From: Longimicrobiales bacterium
GTDB lineage: Bacteria; Gemmatimonadota; Gemmatimonadetes; Longimicrobiales; Gaopeijiaceae
Length of the DNA stretch: 64,000 nucleotides
Direction of reading: 5' to 3'
Assembly (NCBI GenBank): GCA_965203485.1
Contig: OZ241892.1
Coordinates: 1,248,001 to 1,312,000 of the forward strand
The notes beneath the pieces were generated by a model, which worked only from the letters and a program-made list of their open reading frames with translations, was not told where the DNA came from and searched no databases. Both the position numbers and the translations under genes were made by a program. Position 1 is the first letter of the stretch; each line of letters opens with the position of its first letter. Positions 11,201 through 18,417 of the stretch are shown piece after piece.

Positions 11201-13753
11201 TCGGGCGGCGGCGGCCTGTTCGAGCTGGACGCTGCGAGCGGCGCCGTGCGCTACGTCGGCGCCGGCGAGGACTACGAGACGGGTCCGCGCGAGCACGCGC
11301 TCGTCGTCGCCGCGACGGGCGCCGACGGCTTGGCCGTGCGGGCGGCCGTCGTCGTGACGGTCGCCGACGTGAACGAGGCGCCCGTGTTCGAGCAGGCGAG
11401 CTGGACGTTCGAGCTGGCCGAGAACGCTGCCGGCCCGCTCGCCGTCGGCGCCGTCGTCGCCGACGACGAGGACGAGGGCGACGTGCTGTCGTACAGCCTG
11501 GTCTCGGGCGGCGGCGGCCTGTTCGAGCTGGACGCGTCGACCGGCGCGATCAGCTACGTGGGCGCGGGCGAGGACTACGAGACGGGCCCGCGCGAGCACG
11601 CGCTCGTCGTCGCCGCGACGGACAGGGGCGGCCTGGCGGCGACGGCGAACGCGACCGTCGTCGTGACCGACGTCAACGAGGCGCCCGAAGCGACCGCGCA
11701 GATCGCCGTGGCGGCGCTCGACGCGCACGGCGCGGCCGTGCAGGAGACGCTGGACGCGTACTTCCGGGACCCGGACGGCGACGCGCTCGCGTACGCCGCC
11801 GAGTCGTCCGACACGGCGGTGGCGGCGGCGAGCGTTGCGGGCGGCGTGCTGACCATCCAGCCGTTCGCTATCGGCACGGCGAGCGTGACGGTGACGGCGA
11901 CCGATCCCGGCGGGCTGGCCGCCGAGCAGACCGTCGCCGTCGTCGTCGAGGCGTCGCGCTCCGAGCGAGCGCGCGTGCTCGAGGGCGCGCTGGCCGCGTT
12001 CGGGCGCTCGCTCGGCGCCGAGGCCGTCGACGTGATCGGCGGCCGGCTCGGGCTCGAATCGGCGGGCGGACTCGGACGCTCGCACCTCCAGCTCGGCGGA
12101 CGCTCGATCGCCTGCGACGGCGGCGCGCAACGGGCGGGCGCCGCGGTCGAAACGTCCGGGGCGACGCTGGCAGGGGCGGTTACCGGGACGGGCGCGCGTG
12201 CGTGCGGCTGGCGGGCGCTCGCTCGCTCGGCGTCCGGCCTGCTCGGCGTCCAAGTCGCGTTGCCGACCACCGGCGGTCCGGGCGGCGCGCAGTCCGCCGG
12301 CGCGCTCAATCCGGCCGCGTTGCTCTTCGGCGGCCAGGACGCGCGCGCTGGCGCGCACGGCGGATTCGGCGTGCAGGCAGGCGGCGGCCTCGGCACTGCC
12401 GGCGACTACCGGGGCCAGCAGGAGCCGGCGGCGGCCGCGCCGGGCGGCGTGACGTTCAACCCGCTGTCTGGCGGCGACCTGCTCGAGCGCAGCTCGTTCC
12501 AGCTCTCGCTCGGTGGCGGCGCGGCCAGCGACTCGGGCGCGTTCGGCGCGCAGGACGCCGCCGGCCTGCGTCCCGGCTGGACCGTCTGGGGCCGCGCGGG
12601 CATGGGCGGCTACGAGGGCCGCCCGGCCGACGGCCTGCGCTTCGGCGGCGGGCGCGCGCGCTCGGCGCACCTCGGCGCCGACTACCGCTTCGCGTCCGGC
12701 CTGCTCGTCGGCGTCGCCGGCGCGCGCAGCAGCTTCGAGACCGAGTTCGAGAGCGCCGTCAACGGCGCGGGCTCCGTCGCCGCGAGCCTGACCAGCGTGC
12801 ATCCCTACGTGCACTGGTCGCCCACCGGAGGACTCGGCCTCTGGGCCCTCGCAGGCGCAGGAACCGGCGACGCGACGCTCGAGGAGACGGCCGGCGGCCG
12901 GTTCGGCGCCGACATCGCGATGCTGATGGGCGCGCTCGGCGCGCGCCGCGAGCTGGCGGGCGGCATCGCGCTCAAGGCCGACGCGTTCTCCGTGCGCGTC
13001 CGCTCCGACGATGCGGCCGACCTGGCCGGCGTGACCGCGCGCGCGCACCGCGTCCGGCTCGCGCCCGAAGTCGCGAAGACCTGGGCGCTCGGCGGCGAAG
13101 CGTCGCTGCGCACGCGGCTCGAGCTCGGCGCGCGCCTCGACGCCGGCGACGCCGAGACGGGCCTGGGCGCCGAGGCGGGCGGCGAAGCGTCGTTCGACCA
13201 CGCGCCCACCGGCCTGTCCGTCGCGATGCGCGGGCGCGCGCTGCTCGCGCACCAGGCCGAGGGCCTGCGCGAATGGGGCGCCGGCGTCTCGCTCCGGCTC
13301 CAGCCCGGCGGCGGCGCCGAGGACGGCCTGTCGCTCTCCGTCGAGCCGGCATGGGGCGCCGGCGCGGGCGCCACGGGGGCGCTCTGGCGCCAAGGCGCCG
13401 CCGCGCTCGAACCCGCCGTGCAAACGGCGCCGACGGCCGCGCCGTCCGGCTGGGCGCCCGGGCGCATGGCCATGGAGCTCGGCTGGGGCGTCGCGCTCGA
13501 CAACGGCGCCACGATCACGCCCTTCGGACGCTGGAGCCAGGACGCAGGCGCCGGCCAGCGCTTCAACGCCGGCGCGCGCTTCTCGCTGCTCGGCCAGTCC
13601 GCCCAGTCCGGCCCGCGCGCCGACACGGACGCCTCCTCGCCCGCCGCCGAGAGCCCGCGGTTCTTCCTCCACCTCTACGGCGAGCACGCCTCCTCGCCGC
13701 TCGAACCCCCGCAACGCCGCCTCGGCATCGCAGGCGCCATCCAGCTCAGGTAA
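2213..13753 (+). CDS. Giant (~3,850 aa) repetitive surface adhesin with autotransporter-like C-terminal beta-barrel
   Basis: Signal peptide ending LSA-Q; 21 ~125-aa Ig-like repeats (TGTPQLAL.IG...YASGSGT..L.F.Y.V...DADADG.S....L.LNGGTI...HKV.G); 4 cadherin repeats (NEAP.F, A.DPDEG, DYE); one further Ig/CADG-like domain (YFRDPDGDALAY...TATDPGGL); C-terminal amphipathic beta-strand region (WTVWGRAG, LGADYRF, VHPYVHWSP, LELGARLDAGDAETGLG). Confidence 0.85.
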   Translation: MMVGQPGRSGPSTRQSIGRTALAAMGLLAAFGTTPPPPLSAQMAPAVDSVYIVSTPVAAASTYGTSEEIRVTVTFNGNIDMAGTAPYLNLTIGANTRQATRCATLDDGASFCYTVVSADSDTTGISIGASALVLPSGGTIRAQGTTTNANLSLGTHAIVDDAGHKVNGALITPRVSRVAWQSSPGPDSTYVLGDVVSVRVYWDQQIDFPTYGHEMSFAFQIGENSRRVNWYTRTGGHTDVAFRYTITANDLDADGISLLEDAFRFHTSTPPTRRGGTALVDVSLGAHAVMNAAGHKVDGRVPSVARTSITSDAGTDSTYARGDAIDIGVVFSEVVDVTGTPQLALQIGSDTVQANYVSGTGGDSLTFRYAVSSGDTDGNGISYAADALALNGGTINKAGQAVTAALGLGSAVATNAAAHKVDGTTGPPVVTGVSIASDAGTDSAYASGDTIKAVVVFNENVTVTGTPQLALTIGSQTRQANYVSGSGNDSLTFTYVAATGDIDDNGLSIGSSALTLNGGTIKRGTTVDAALSLLGREVTNAPAHRVVVVTGFAHVTGTSITSDPGTDSIYTLGDTIEVLVVFNENVDVTGTPQLVLEIGAATRQANYVSGTGNDSLTFRYVTVAADTDTTGISYSRNALTLNGGTIKRAGATADAYLGLRTHVVTDAAAHKVLATTNKVTGLSVNSAGPDSTFVRGDTMRVTLSFGETTVVTGTPRIRMWLGATSRWATYHSGSGTSELEFRYVVEVAINDGTGVGILADAVDLNGGTVKDANQADVGVRIPMALTIVDDPRWKVAGSTRITSASVGRPPTGDTFERGDTIVVTMIYSDSVDVTGVPTAWLKLTSASHRPALYASGTGTDTLKFRYVVEAGDHDNDGLSLYGNAIQLTGGSTIREAGTTTSAFHDTPWPYGGQDAIANSAGHKVAGAARVASVSVGSPPVGDTFERGDTIKVTLVYTDSVDVAGVPTVWVTIGTNPWAGATYASGSGTDSLEFHYVVQAADADADGISMVGNALQLTGGSTITEAGTSTNTFTDVPWSGPGSGGNAITNSAGHKVAGGTFTAALVSGVAITSEPSSDSTYGRTERIEAEVTFNRKVTVTGTPQLALEIGNDTVQANYASGTTTKTLTFGYTVAAADADSTGISIGASALTLNSGAINDARDNTMAASLGLGTNAIANARSHKVNGNLGPPGVTELTISSPTVGDTFERGETIEVSLVFNRAVAVTGTPQLALGIGAATKQASYASGTGTTSLVFRYLVVAADADADGLSIGASALALNGGTIRLAGGVLDATLGLAASAVTNSAGHKVEGGTFTTPVVSAVTISSTPASASTYQLGESIEVKVAFSRPVAVTGSPELALGVGTATRQADYDSGSSSADTLVFGYAVRPADADADGLSIAAGALALNGGTIADARPGATAASLDLGSNAITNAAAHKVNGGLGPPGVTGLAVASPPAGAVFERGDTIVATVRFNKAVDVTGTPQLALGIGAQTRQAAYASGTGTAALVFRYVVATADVDADGLSVGASALALNSGTIDVSGGTTDALLSLERHAFENFLVVNGGLFTASSVSGVSISSSPASDSTYGRTERIEVEVTFARAVTVTGTPQLALTIGDSTRQASYASGSGTKTLAFGYVVAASDSDANGLSVGPAALALNGGAIDDARDASEAAGLGLGSHAISNALAHKVNGSLGPPGVTGVTLGSPPVGATFERGDTIVAALAFNRAVAVTGAPQLALGIGSATKQAVYASGSGTSSLEFRYVVVTADVDADGLSVATTALGLNGGTVRLAGGTLDATLGLGTHAISNSAGHKVAGGTFTASGVTGVAVASSPASGATYGLGERIEVRVTFARAVAVTGTPQLALGIGAATRQADYAGGTGTPQLSFGYVVVAGDADSDGLSIGASALALNGGGIADGRDGSTAAALGLGSSAVADAAGHRVDATRGPPGVMGVTIGSPQVGDTFERGDTVEVEVEFNKPVAVTGAPQLALGIGAATKQAGYAGGSGTATLAFRYVVVSADADADGLSVAAGALALNGGTIKVSGGTADALLGLGAHAVANSGGHKVAGGTFTASSPSAASVTSAPASGDTYGLGERIEVRVTFARPVVVTGAPQLALGIGSATKQAGYAGGSGTRALVFGYVVASADADADGISVGASALSLNGGAIADARDGATAAGLGLGSSAIANAGAHKVDGSVEGAPAVAGARLASAPSSGGSYGLGEEIRVAVRFDRAVAVTGTPELALGIGAATRQAGYASGSGTSELEFAYVVQAADADRDGISVGAGALSLSGGTLVVAGGTAAAVLSLGSHAIVNASGHAVAGTLEAAPVVTGARLVSSPANGSAYGLSERIAVALAFSRPVDVAGAPQLALGIGSATRQAGYASGSGTAELVFGYVVAGGDADADGVSVAAGALALNGGTIVIAGGRVAAVLSLGTHALSNVAGHLVDGSAETAPAVAGVALASAPIGGGRYELGEEIRVHVRFDRAVAVTGAPTLALTIGAQTRTARFVRVVGYAAAARAGWAGGAAGYAGAGWAGGGGAAGSGAGAGALGATQGAALEFAYAVQAADADADGISVGAGALSLNGGAITLLGGTAAAGLSLGGHAIANVGGHNVDGSVVSPPAVAGVEASRPQSGGRWRAGQTIEIAVVFDRPVSATGSPRLALAMGTRTVHAALASASGRRVEFAYEVRPHDRAPNGIALAADALDASGAAIVSAADGSTPAVLSLGSHAFASDPTRRVEGGGGEPEPGRPPKFGAESYAFELAENVAGAVVVGAVSAVDPDEGDEVYYRLREGGGLFEVGETSGEVSYVGAGEDYEAGPREHALVVSAADVGGLASTVRVTVKVTNANEAPAFERASWTFELAENAAGPIVLGTVSATDPDEGEALSYSLVSGGGGLFELDAASGAVRYVGAGEDYEAGPREHALAVAVADAGGLRAAAGVVIAVADADEAPVFERASWTFELAENAAGPIVLGTVSATDPDEGEALSYSLVSGGGGLFELDAASGAVRYVGAGEDYETGPREHALVVAATGADGLAVRAAVVVTVADVNEAPVFEQASWTFELAENAAGPLAVGAVVADDEDEGDVLSYSLVSGGGGLFELDASTGAISYVGAGEDYETGPREHALVVAATDRGGLAATANATVVVTDVNEAPEATAQIAVAALDAHGAAVQETLDAYFRDPDGDALAYAAESSDTAVAAASVAGGVLTIQPFAIGTASVTVTATDPGGLAAEQTVAVVVEASRSERARVLEGALAAFGRSLGAEAVDVIGGRLGLESAGGLGRSHLQLGGRSIACDGGAQRAGAAVETSGATLAGAVTGTGARACGWRALARSASGLLGVQVALPTTGGPGGAQSAGALNPAALLFGGQDARAGAHGGFGVQAGGGLGTAGDYRGQQEPAAAAPGGVTFNPLSGGDLLERSSFQLSLGGGAASDSGAFGAQDAAGLRPGWTVWGRAGMGGYEGRPADGLRFGGGRARSAHLGADYRFASGLLVGVAGARSSFETEFESAVNGAGSVAASLTSVHPYVHWSPTGGLGLWALAGAGTGDATLEETAGGRFGADIAMLMGALGARRELAGGIALKADAFSVRVRSDDAADLAGVTARAHRVRLAPEVAKTWALGGEASLRTRLELGARLDAGDAETGLGAEAGGEASFDHAPTGLSVAMRGRALLAHQAEGLREWGAGVSLRLQPGGGAEDGLSLSVEPAWGAGAGATGALWRQGAAALEPAVQTAPTAAPSGWAPGRMAMELGWGVALDNGATITPFGRWSQDAGAGQRFNAGARFSLLGQSAQSGPRADTDASSPAAESPRFFLHLYGEHASSPLEPPQRRLGIAGAIQLR
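2342..10440 (+). repeat. Array of 21 tandem ~375-390-bp Ig-like coding repeats
   Basis: Recurring DNA such as gtgacgggcacgccgcagctggcgctg and cacaaggtg; 21 units counted from the translation. Confidence 0.85.
10463..11675 (+). repeat. Four cadherin-domain coding repeats, 303-bp period
   Basis: (a/g)acgaggcgccc linker at 10766, 11069, 11372 and 11675; copies 2 and 3 are near-identical (10781-10848 = 11084-11151). Confidence 0.9.
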
Positions 13754-13936
13754 ACGCCCAACGGCACGGTTCCCTCCGACGAAGCGCGCCAAGCCGCCCC
13801 GCCTGGCCGGAGCAGGCGAGTCAGGACGCGCCTCGCGGGAACCGCATCATCGGCGGACGGCGTGCACTTACGCCCCGGTGAGCCAAGTGCGCTTCCGGGT
13901 CCCGCTCTTCGGCAAACTGGCAGCGCGTCCGTCCGC

Positions 13937-14527
13937 TCAGTCCTGTCCCTTCCGCGCCGTGTCTTCCCGCGTCCAGTCGCCGGACCGGCCGCCGGACTTG
14001 CGAACAAGCTGGACGCGCTCGATCGTCATCGAGCGGTCCGCCGCCTTCAACATGTCGTAGGCGGCAAGCAGCGCGACGCAAACGGCCGTCAGCGCTTCCA
14101 TTTCGGCTCCCGTGCGTCCGTTGGCGCGAGCGGCGGCCGTGACGCGCAACCCGGGCAAGGCAGGCTCCCTCCGCACTTCCACGGCGACGCCGGCCTCCGG
14201 GAGCACATGGCAAAGCGGAACGAGGTCGCCCGCCCGCTTGCCGCCCATGATGCCGGCAATGCGCGCGACCTGCTCCACGTCGCCCTTGGGATTGGCGCCG
14301 CTCTCCAGCAACCGGTAGGCGTCCGCCGAGCAACGCAACGCGCCCTCGGCCACGGCTTCGCGCTCAGTCGCGACCTTGGCCGTGACATCGACCATGGAGG
14401 CTTCGCCCGCGTGGGAGAGGTGGGTCAGCGCGGCAGCCGCATCGGTCGGCCGCGCATGGACCAGCCGGTGGTCGTGGGCGGCGTCGCCGCGGTCGGCGCT
14501 CCCAGGGGCGTCTCCCGATTCGTTCAC
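13937..14527 (-). CDS. moaC: Cyclic pyranopterin monophosphate synthase MoaC
   Basis: LTHL...ASMVDVTAK, KGDVEQVARIAGIMGGK, LVPLCH, TGAEMEALTAV, YDMLKAADRSM, KSGGRSG; GTG start overlaps the holB stop (GTGA). Confidence 0.92.
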   Translation of the reverse strand: MNESGDAPGSADRGDAAHDHRLVHARPTDAAAALTHLSHAGEASMVDVTAKVATEREAVAEGALRCSADAYRLLESGANPKGDVEQVARIAGIMGGKRAGDLVPLCHVLPEAGVAVEVRREPALPGLRVTAAARANGRTGAEMEALTAVCVALLAAYDMLKAADRSMTIERVQLVRKSGGRSGDWTREDTARKGQD

Positions 14528-15690
14528 GGCCTGCCTCCAAGAGCGGCACGCAGGTCCAGCAGCATCGCCGAGACCAGCAGTTGAGGATTCACGTTGCCCG
14601 CGGCGAGCATCGACGCCTCCTCGACGTGGCCCACGGCGGCCGCGACAGTGTCCGGCGCGGGCCGAAGTCGCTCCGCCAGCCGTTGCAGGAACGGCAACTC
14701 GTCGGCGTTGACGACATGCGCGTCCCTGCCCAAGCAGACGGCGCACAGGTCCCGGAGCCACAGCTGAAGCGCCGCCAGCAAACCCAGCAGCGCCCGGCCG
14801 CCGCCGCTGCCGAAGTCGAGCGCCCGCGCGTATGGGCCGCCGCGCTTGTCGTCCGTCGCAGCCCGCAGGAGATCGAGGGCCGTGGCGCGCGCCTCGGACA
14901 GACTGCTCTCAGGGTCCAGCATCCGCAAGGCGACGCCGATCGATCCCTGCGACAGCGCCGCCGCCGAATCCGCGGCCGCTTGGCCGACGCCGCGCTCCTC
15001 CACCAGGAACGCCGCGACGCGGCCGATGGACAACGGCGGCACGCGGATCGGCAACGCGCGCGACCGGATCGTGTCCAGGAGGCTGTCCGGCTTGCTGGAC
15101 GTGAGTATGAAGCGACATGGGCCCGGCGGCTCCTCAAGGAGCTTCAGCAGCGCGTTCGCGGCCTCGGGGCTTGATTCCTGCGGGACCAGGTGCTCGGCGT
15201 CTCCAACGATGAAGGTCTGTTTGTCGGTCGTGGCCGGACGCCGGTGGGCCTGTCGGCGAACGACGCTGACCGCCGCGAAGTAGATGCCCTTGACGTCGCC
15301 TTCGGAGACGGCGTCCAGCGGACTCGCTCGCAACGCGCTGAGGCGTTCTTGACGCGCGGTCTCGAGCGCCTCCTCCAACTTGCCGGGGCCCGACGTCCCC
15401 TTGGGCCGGGGCAACGGAAAATGCCAGTGCACGTCCGGGTGCTCCAAGCGAAGCGCGCTGCGGCAATGTCCGCACTCGTCGCACGGCGCCGCCTCGTCGG
15501 ATCCGCAAATGCTTGCCCGCGCAATCCATTGAGCGAGCGACTGCTTGCCGCAACCGGCAGGCCCGTGCAGAAGCACCGTGCCAGGGAGAGATCCGCGCTC
15601 GATGGAGCGCCGAATAGCCGCGCGTAGGCCGACATGCCCTCGAAGACGAGGCATTCGAGCGTTGCGGGGCTCGGGCTCCGGCGTCTTCAT
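14524..15690 (-). CDS. holB: DNA polymerase III subunit delta'
   Basis: LLHGPAGCGK, zinc motif C...CDECGHC, HPDVHW, AANALLKLLEEPP, LLDTIRSR; start chosen at ATG 15690 (uncertain). Confidence 0.88.
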   Translation of the reverse strand: MKTPEPEPRNARMPRLRGHVGLRAAIRRSIERGSLPGTVLLHGPAGCGKQSLAQWIARASICGSDEAAPCDECGHCRSALRLEHPDVHWHFPLPRPKGTSGPGKLEEALETARQERLSALRASPLDAVSEGDVKGIYFAAVSVVRRQAHRRPATTDKQTFIVGDAEHLVPQESSPEAANALLKLLEEPPGPCRFILTSSKPDSLLDTIRSRALPIRVPPLSIGRVAAFLVEERGVGQAAADSAAALSQGSIGVALRMLDPESSLSEARATALDLLRAATDDKRGGPYARALDFGSGGGRALLGLLAALQLWLRDLCAVCLGRDAHVVNADELPFLQRLAERLRPAPDTVAAAVGHVEEASMLAAGNVNPQLLVSAMLLDLRAALGGRP

Positions 15691-16305
15691 GGCCCTCGGG
15701 GAAGAAGGATCGGGCCGTCGTGCACGCATGGCCAACGGGATGAGCAACCCAGCAAATGTGCCGGTTGCCCGGCTGGGCGGCAACGGCGCCCGCGAATGCG
15801 GTGACCGCCGGGGGCAACGAGCAAGGTCCTGCTTTCCGTCGAGTCCAAGCCGCCGCGCGCGGGAACAGCAGCGCCGCCGTCATTGGATTGGCGGTTCGCA
15901 TGTTGGCCGTCGCCGCCGTGCGGCGGAACTCGGCGACCGGCGCCGAACCGGCTTCCCGGCCGTGGCAAGACGCCAGTCTCATTGGACGCCCGGCCCGCCC
16001 ACCAGATCGGCGCTCGTTCCGTCCATTCCGCCCAAGGCGCTCCCTTGCCGGAACTGCTCGACGAGCCGAGGGGCCGTCGCGGATTGCCCCTTCCTAGCCT
16101 AGCTGTCACGCGGCCCCGCGCGAGTTCCCGTCGGTGACGCCGTCCACGGACGGGAAGGGAGACTGGGTTGCGACGCGCGACCAAAGTAGATTGATGCAAC
16201 CGCAACGGCGCGTACGCACGGCGAGCGTACGCGGACCGGCGAGTCGCCACCTGCTTCTGCGAGCGGTCTACGTCCACCGTTCGACTGCCTTCGCAGCGAG
16301 ACGCC

Positions 16306-18417
16306 ATGCACGACCAGCCGACATCGGGCAACGCCTTGTTGCGCCGCATCTGTTCGGTTTTCCGGCGGTCCGCCTGCTCGCTTCCGCTGGCTGTCTGCGT
16401 TGTCGCGGCGATAGCGGGCCTGGCCGTGGTCGACGACTACGGCGTGTCGGTGGACGAAGAGAGCAGGCGCCTCATCGGCGCCAGAGCGGCCGACTACGTG
16501 TTGGGCAAGAACGACGAAATGCTGCACCACTTCGACCGCGTCATGGGCGTCGCATTCGAATTGCCTCTGTATATCGTCGAGCACGTCTTGGGGCTCGACG
16601 ATTCGCGCAGCGTTTTTCTTGCTCGACACTTGCTTTCGCATTGGTTCTTCGTGGCTAGCGGATTCTTCTGCGCGTTGTTGACTCTTCGCCTGACGAACAG
16701 CAGATCCATCGCGGTGGTGACGATGCTGTTGTTCATGCTTCATCCGCGTTTGTATGCGCACTCCTTCTTCAACACGAAGGACGTCCCGTTCGCCGGCATG
16801 TTCATGATCTCTCTTTACGTCCTGTGGCGCGCCTTCGACCGCAGCGCCTGGCGGTCGTTCGTCCTTGCCGGCGTCGCGGTCGGCTGTCTCACGAGCATGC
16901 GCGTCATGGGACTTGCGCTGGTCTTCGGCGCAACTGTCCTCCAACTCTTGGACGTCGCTGCGGCGAAAGGGGTGCGGATCAAGAGGCGGCGTTGCGGCGA
17001 GCTGTGCGCCTTTCTCGGGGCCGCGGCCCTCACGCTCTACGCGACGTGGCCGTACCTGTGGGCAGATCCGCTGGCGCGGTTCGCCGAGTCGCTTTCGATG
17101 TCGGCAAGCCATCCGCTGGGGACGGCCGAATTGGTGAACGGCGAGCGGGTGTCCAGCCAGGATCTTCCGGCGTGGTATGCGTCGGCGTGGTTTGCGGTAA
17201 CCACCCCGCCGTACGTCTTGTTTCTCGGCTTGGTCGGCGCGGCATGGATTCTGGGGCGGTCCGCGCGCAGGCCCGTGGAAGCTCTGCGCAATGGCCGCTT
17301 TCGGTTTCAGCTGCTGATTGTCGGATGTCTCGTGGCGCCCGTTCTGGCGGTCGTCGTACTGAGGCCGACGCTCTTCAACGGTTGGCGCCATCTCTACTTC
17401 GCATATGCACCCTTTGCGTTGCTTGCGGGCGTCGGCCTTCACGAATTGGCGTCGCGGATTCGGTCGAAGCAGGCCAGGATCGGAATTGTCTGCATGGCGG
17501 GCGTCGGCTTGGTTGTCACGGTTGCAGGCATGATTCGACTGCATCCATATCAGCATGTATACTTCAACGCTCTTGTGGACAAGAGCGACGCCGAACGGCT
17601 AGCGGAACAGTACGAGTTGGACTATTGGCATACGGCATATCGCGAGGCATTCGAGTTTCTTCTCTCTCGTCGTCCGGATCAGCAGGTCTACGTTCAAGGA
17701 CAGTTTGGCGCCTCGATGCGGCAAAACGGCGGCATACTTCGGCCGGAGGAGCGGGCACGGCTGGCGATAAACCAGGAACGCGCGGACTTCTTTGTCGCCG
17801 TGTATGCCGACCGGGGACAGTCGAACTGGCGTCCGGTCTTCGGGCCGGTGTTGCACAGCAGGAAACTGTACAACAGCACCATCATGGAAGTGGCCGCGAT
17901 CGACTTGGCGGACGCGCCGGAGGCGGAGAAGTACCACCGCGCGTACGAGACCTATGCGGACGCCACGCCGCTGGTCCGCTCCGGGTACGACGTGTACGCG
18001 GACGAGGGCGGGCTGGCGTACCTCAAGGAGGCTTGCGACGCCAGCGATACGGGGACCGTGCTCTTCGTGCACGTCGTTCCGGCCGACGCTGGAGACCTGC
18101 TGGCCCACCGCCGGCTGCACGGATACCTCGGCGGGACGCATCCGTTCGGGCGGTTCGGCGCGCGGTTCGGCGGCAAGTGCCTGATGAGGGTGCCGCTCCC
18201 GGACTTTCCGATCTTTCGAGTCCGCACGGGAAGCGGCGGAGGCGGAAGCGGCGCCTGGGAAGCCGTGCTCGATATGGATGCGGCCAAGACGCGGGACGGA
18301 GAGGCGAGGAAAGGCGGGAGCGCCAACGAGACGGCGTCAACGCGAGGGGAGGCGACCACCGGGCCCAAGCCCGCGGCCCGTGGAGCGGCGTCAGCGCGAG
18401 GCGAGGCGAACCGCTAG
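16306..18417 (+). CDS. Multi-pass membrane glycosyltransferase (GT-C / PMT-ArnT-like) with extracytoplasmic C-terminal domain
   Basis: N-terminal TM followed by DYGVSVDE acidic motif; many hydrophobic segments; HSFFNTKDVPF, WPYLWADP, LFNGWRH, HPYQHVYFN, ELDYW motifs. Confidence 0.7.
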   Translation: MHDQPTSGNALLRRICSVFRRSACSLPLAVCVVAAIAGLAVVDDYGVSVDEESRRLIGARAADYVLGKNDEMLHHFDRVMGVAFELPLYIVEHVLGLDDSRSVFLARHLLSHWFFVASGFFCALLTLRLTNSRSIAVVTMLLFMLHPRLYAHSFFNTKDVPFAGMFMISLYVLWRAFDRSAWRSFVLAGVAVGCLTSMRVMGLALVFGATVLQLLDVAAAKGVRIKRRRCGELCAFLGAAALTLYATWPYLWADPLARFAESLSMSASHPLGTAELVNGERVSSQDLPAWYASAWFAVTTPPYVLFLGLVGAAWILGRSARRPVEALRNGRFRFQLLIVGCLVAPVLAVVVLRPTLFNGWRHLYFAYAPFALLAGVGLHELASRIRSKQARIGIVCMAGVGLVVTVAGMIRLHPYQHVYFNALVDKSDAERLAEQYELDYWHTAYREAFEFLLSRRPDQQVYVQGQFGASMRQNGGILRPEERARLAINQERADFFVAVYADRGQSNWRPVFGPVLHSRKLYNSTIMEVAAIDLADAPEAEKYHRAYETYADATPLVRSGYDVYADEGGLAYLKEACDASDTGTVLFVHVVPADAGDLLAHRRLHGYLGGTHPFGRFGARFGGKCLMRVPLPDFPIFRVRTGSGGGGSGAWEAVLDMDAAKTRDGEARKGGSANETASTRGEATTGPKPAARGAASARGEANR

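Noticed and set aside
5336..13792. 2,818-aa antisense ORF spanning most of the adhesin gene
   Set aside because: It is codon-aligned with the sense gene. Antisense stops require TTA/CTA/TCA sense codons, which are rare at this GC content. The translation is Arg/Ala-rich with no domain.
13754..13936. Hairpins between the adhesin and moaC as an intrinsic terminator
   Set aside because: Short GC stems are present (cgcctg/caggcg) but there is no U-tract on either strand.
15691..16305. Possible tRNA or integration site beside the low-GC glycosyltransferase
   Set aside because: No tRNA arms, att-like direct repeats or integrase fragment found by eye.
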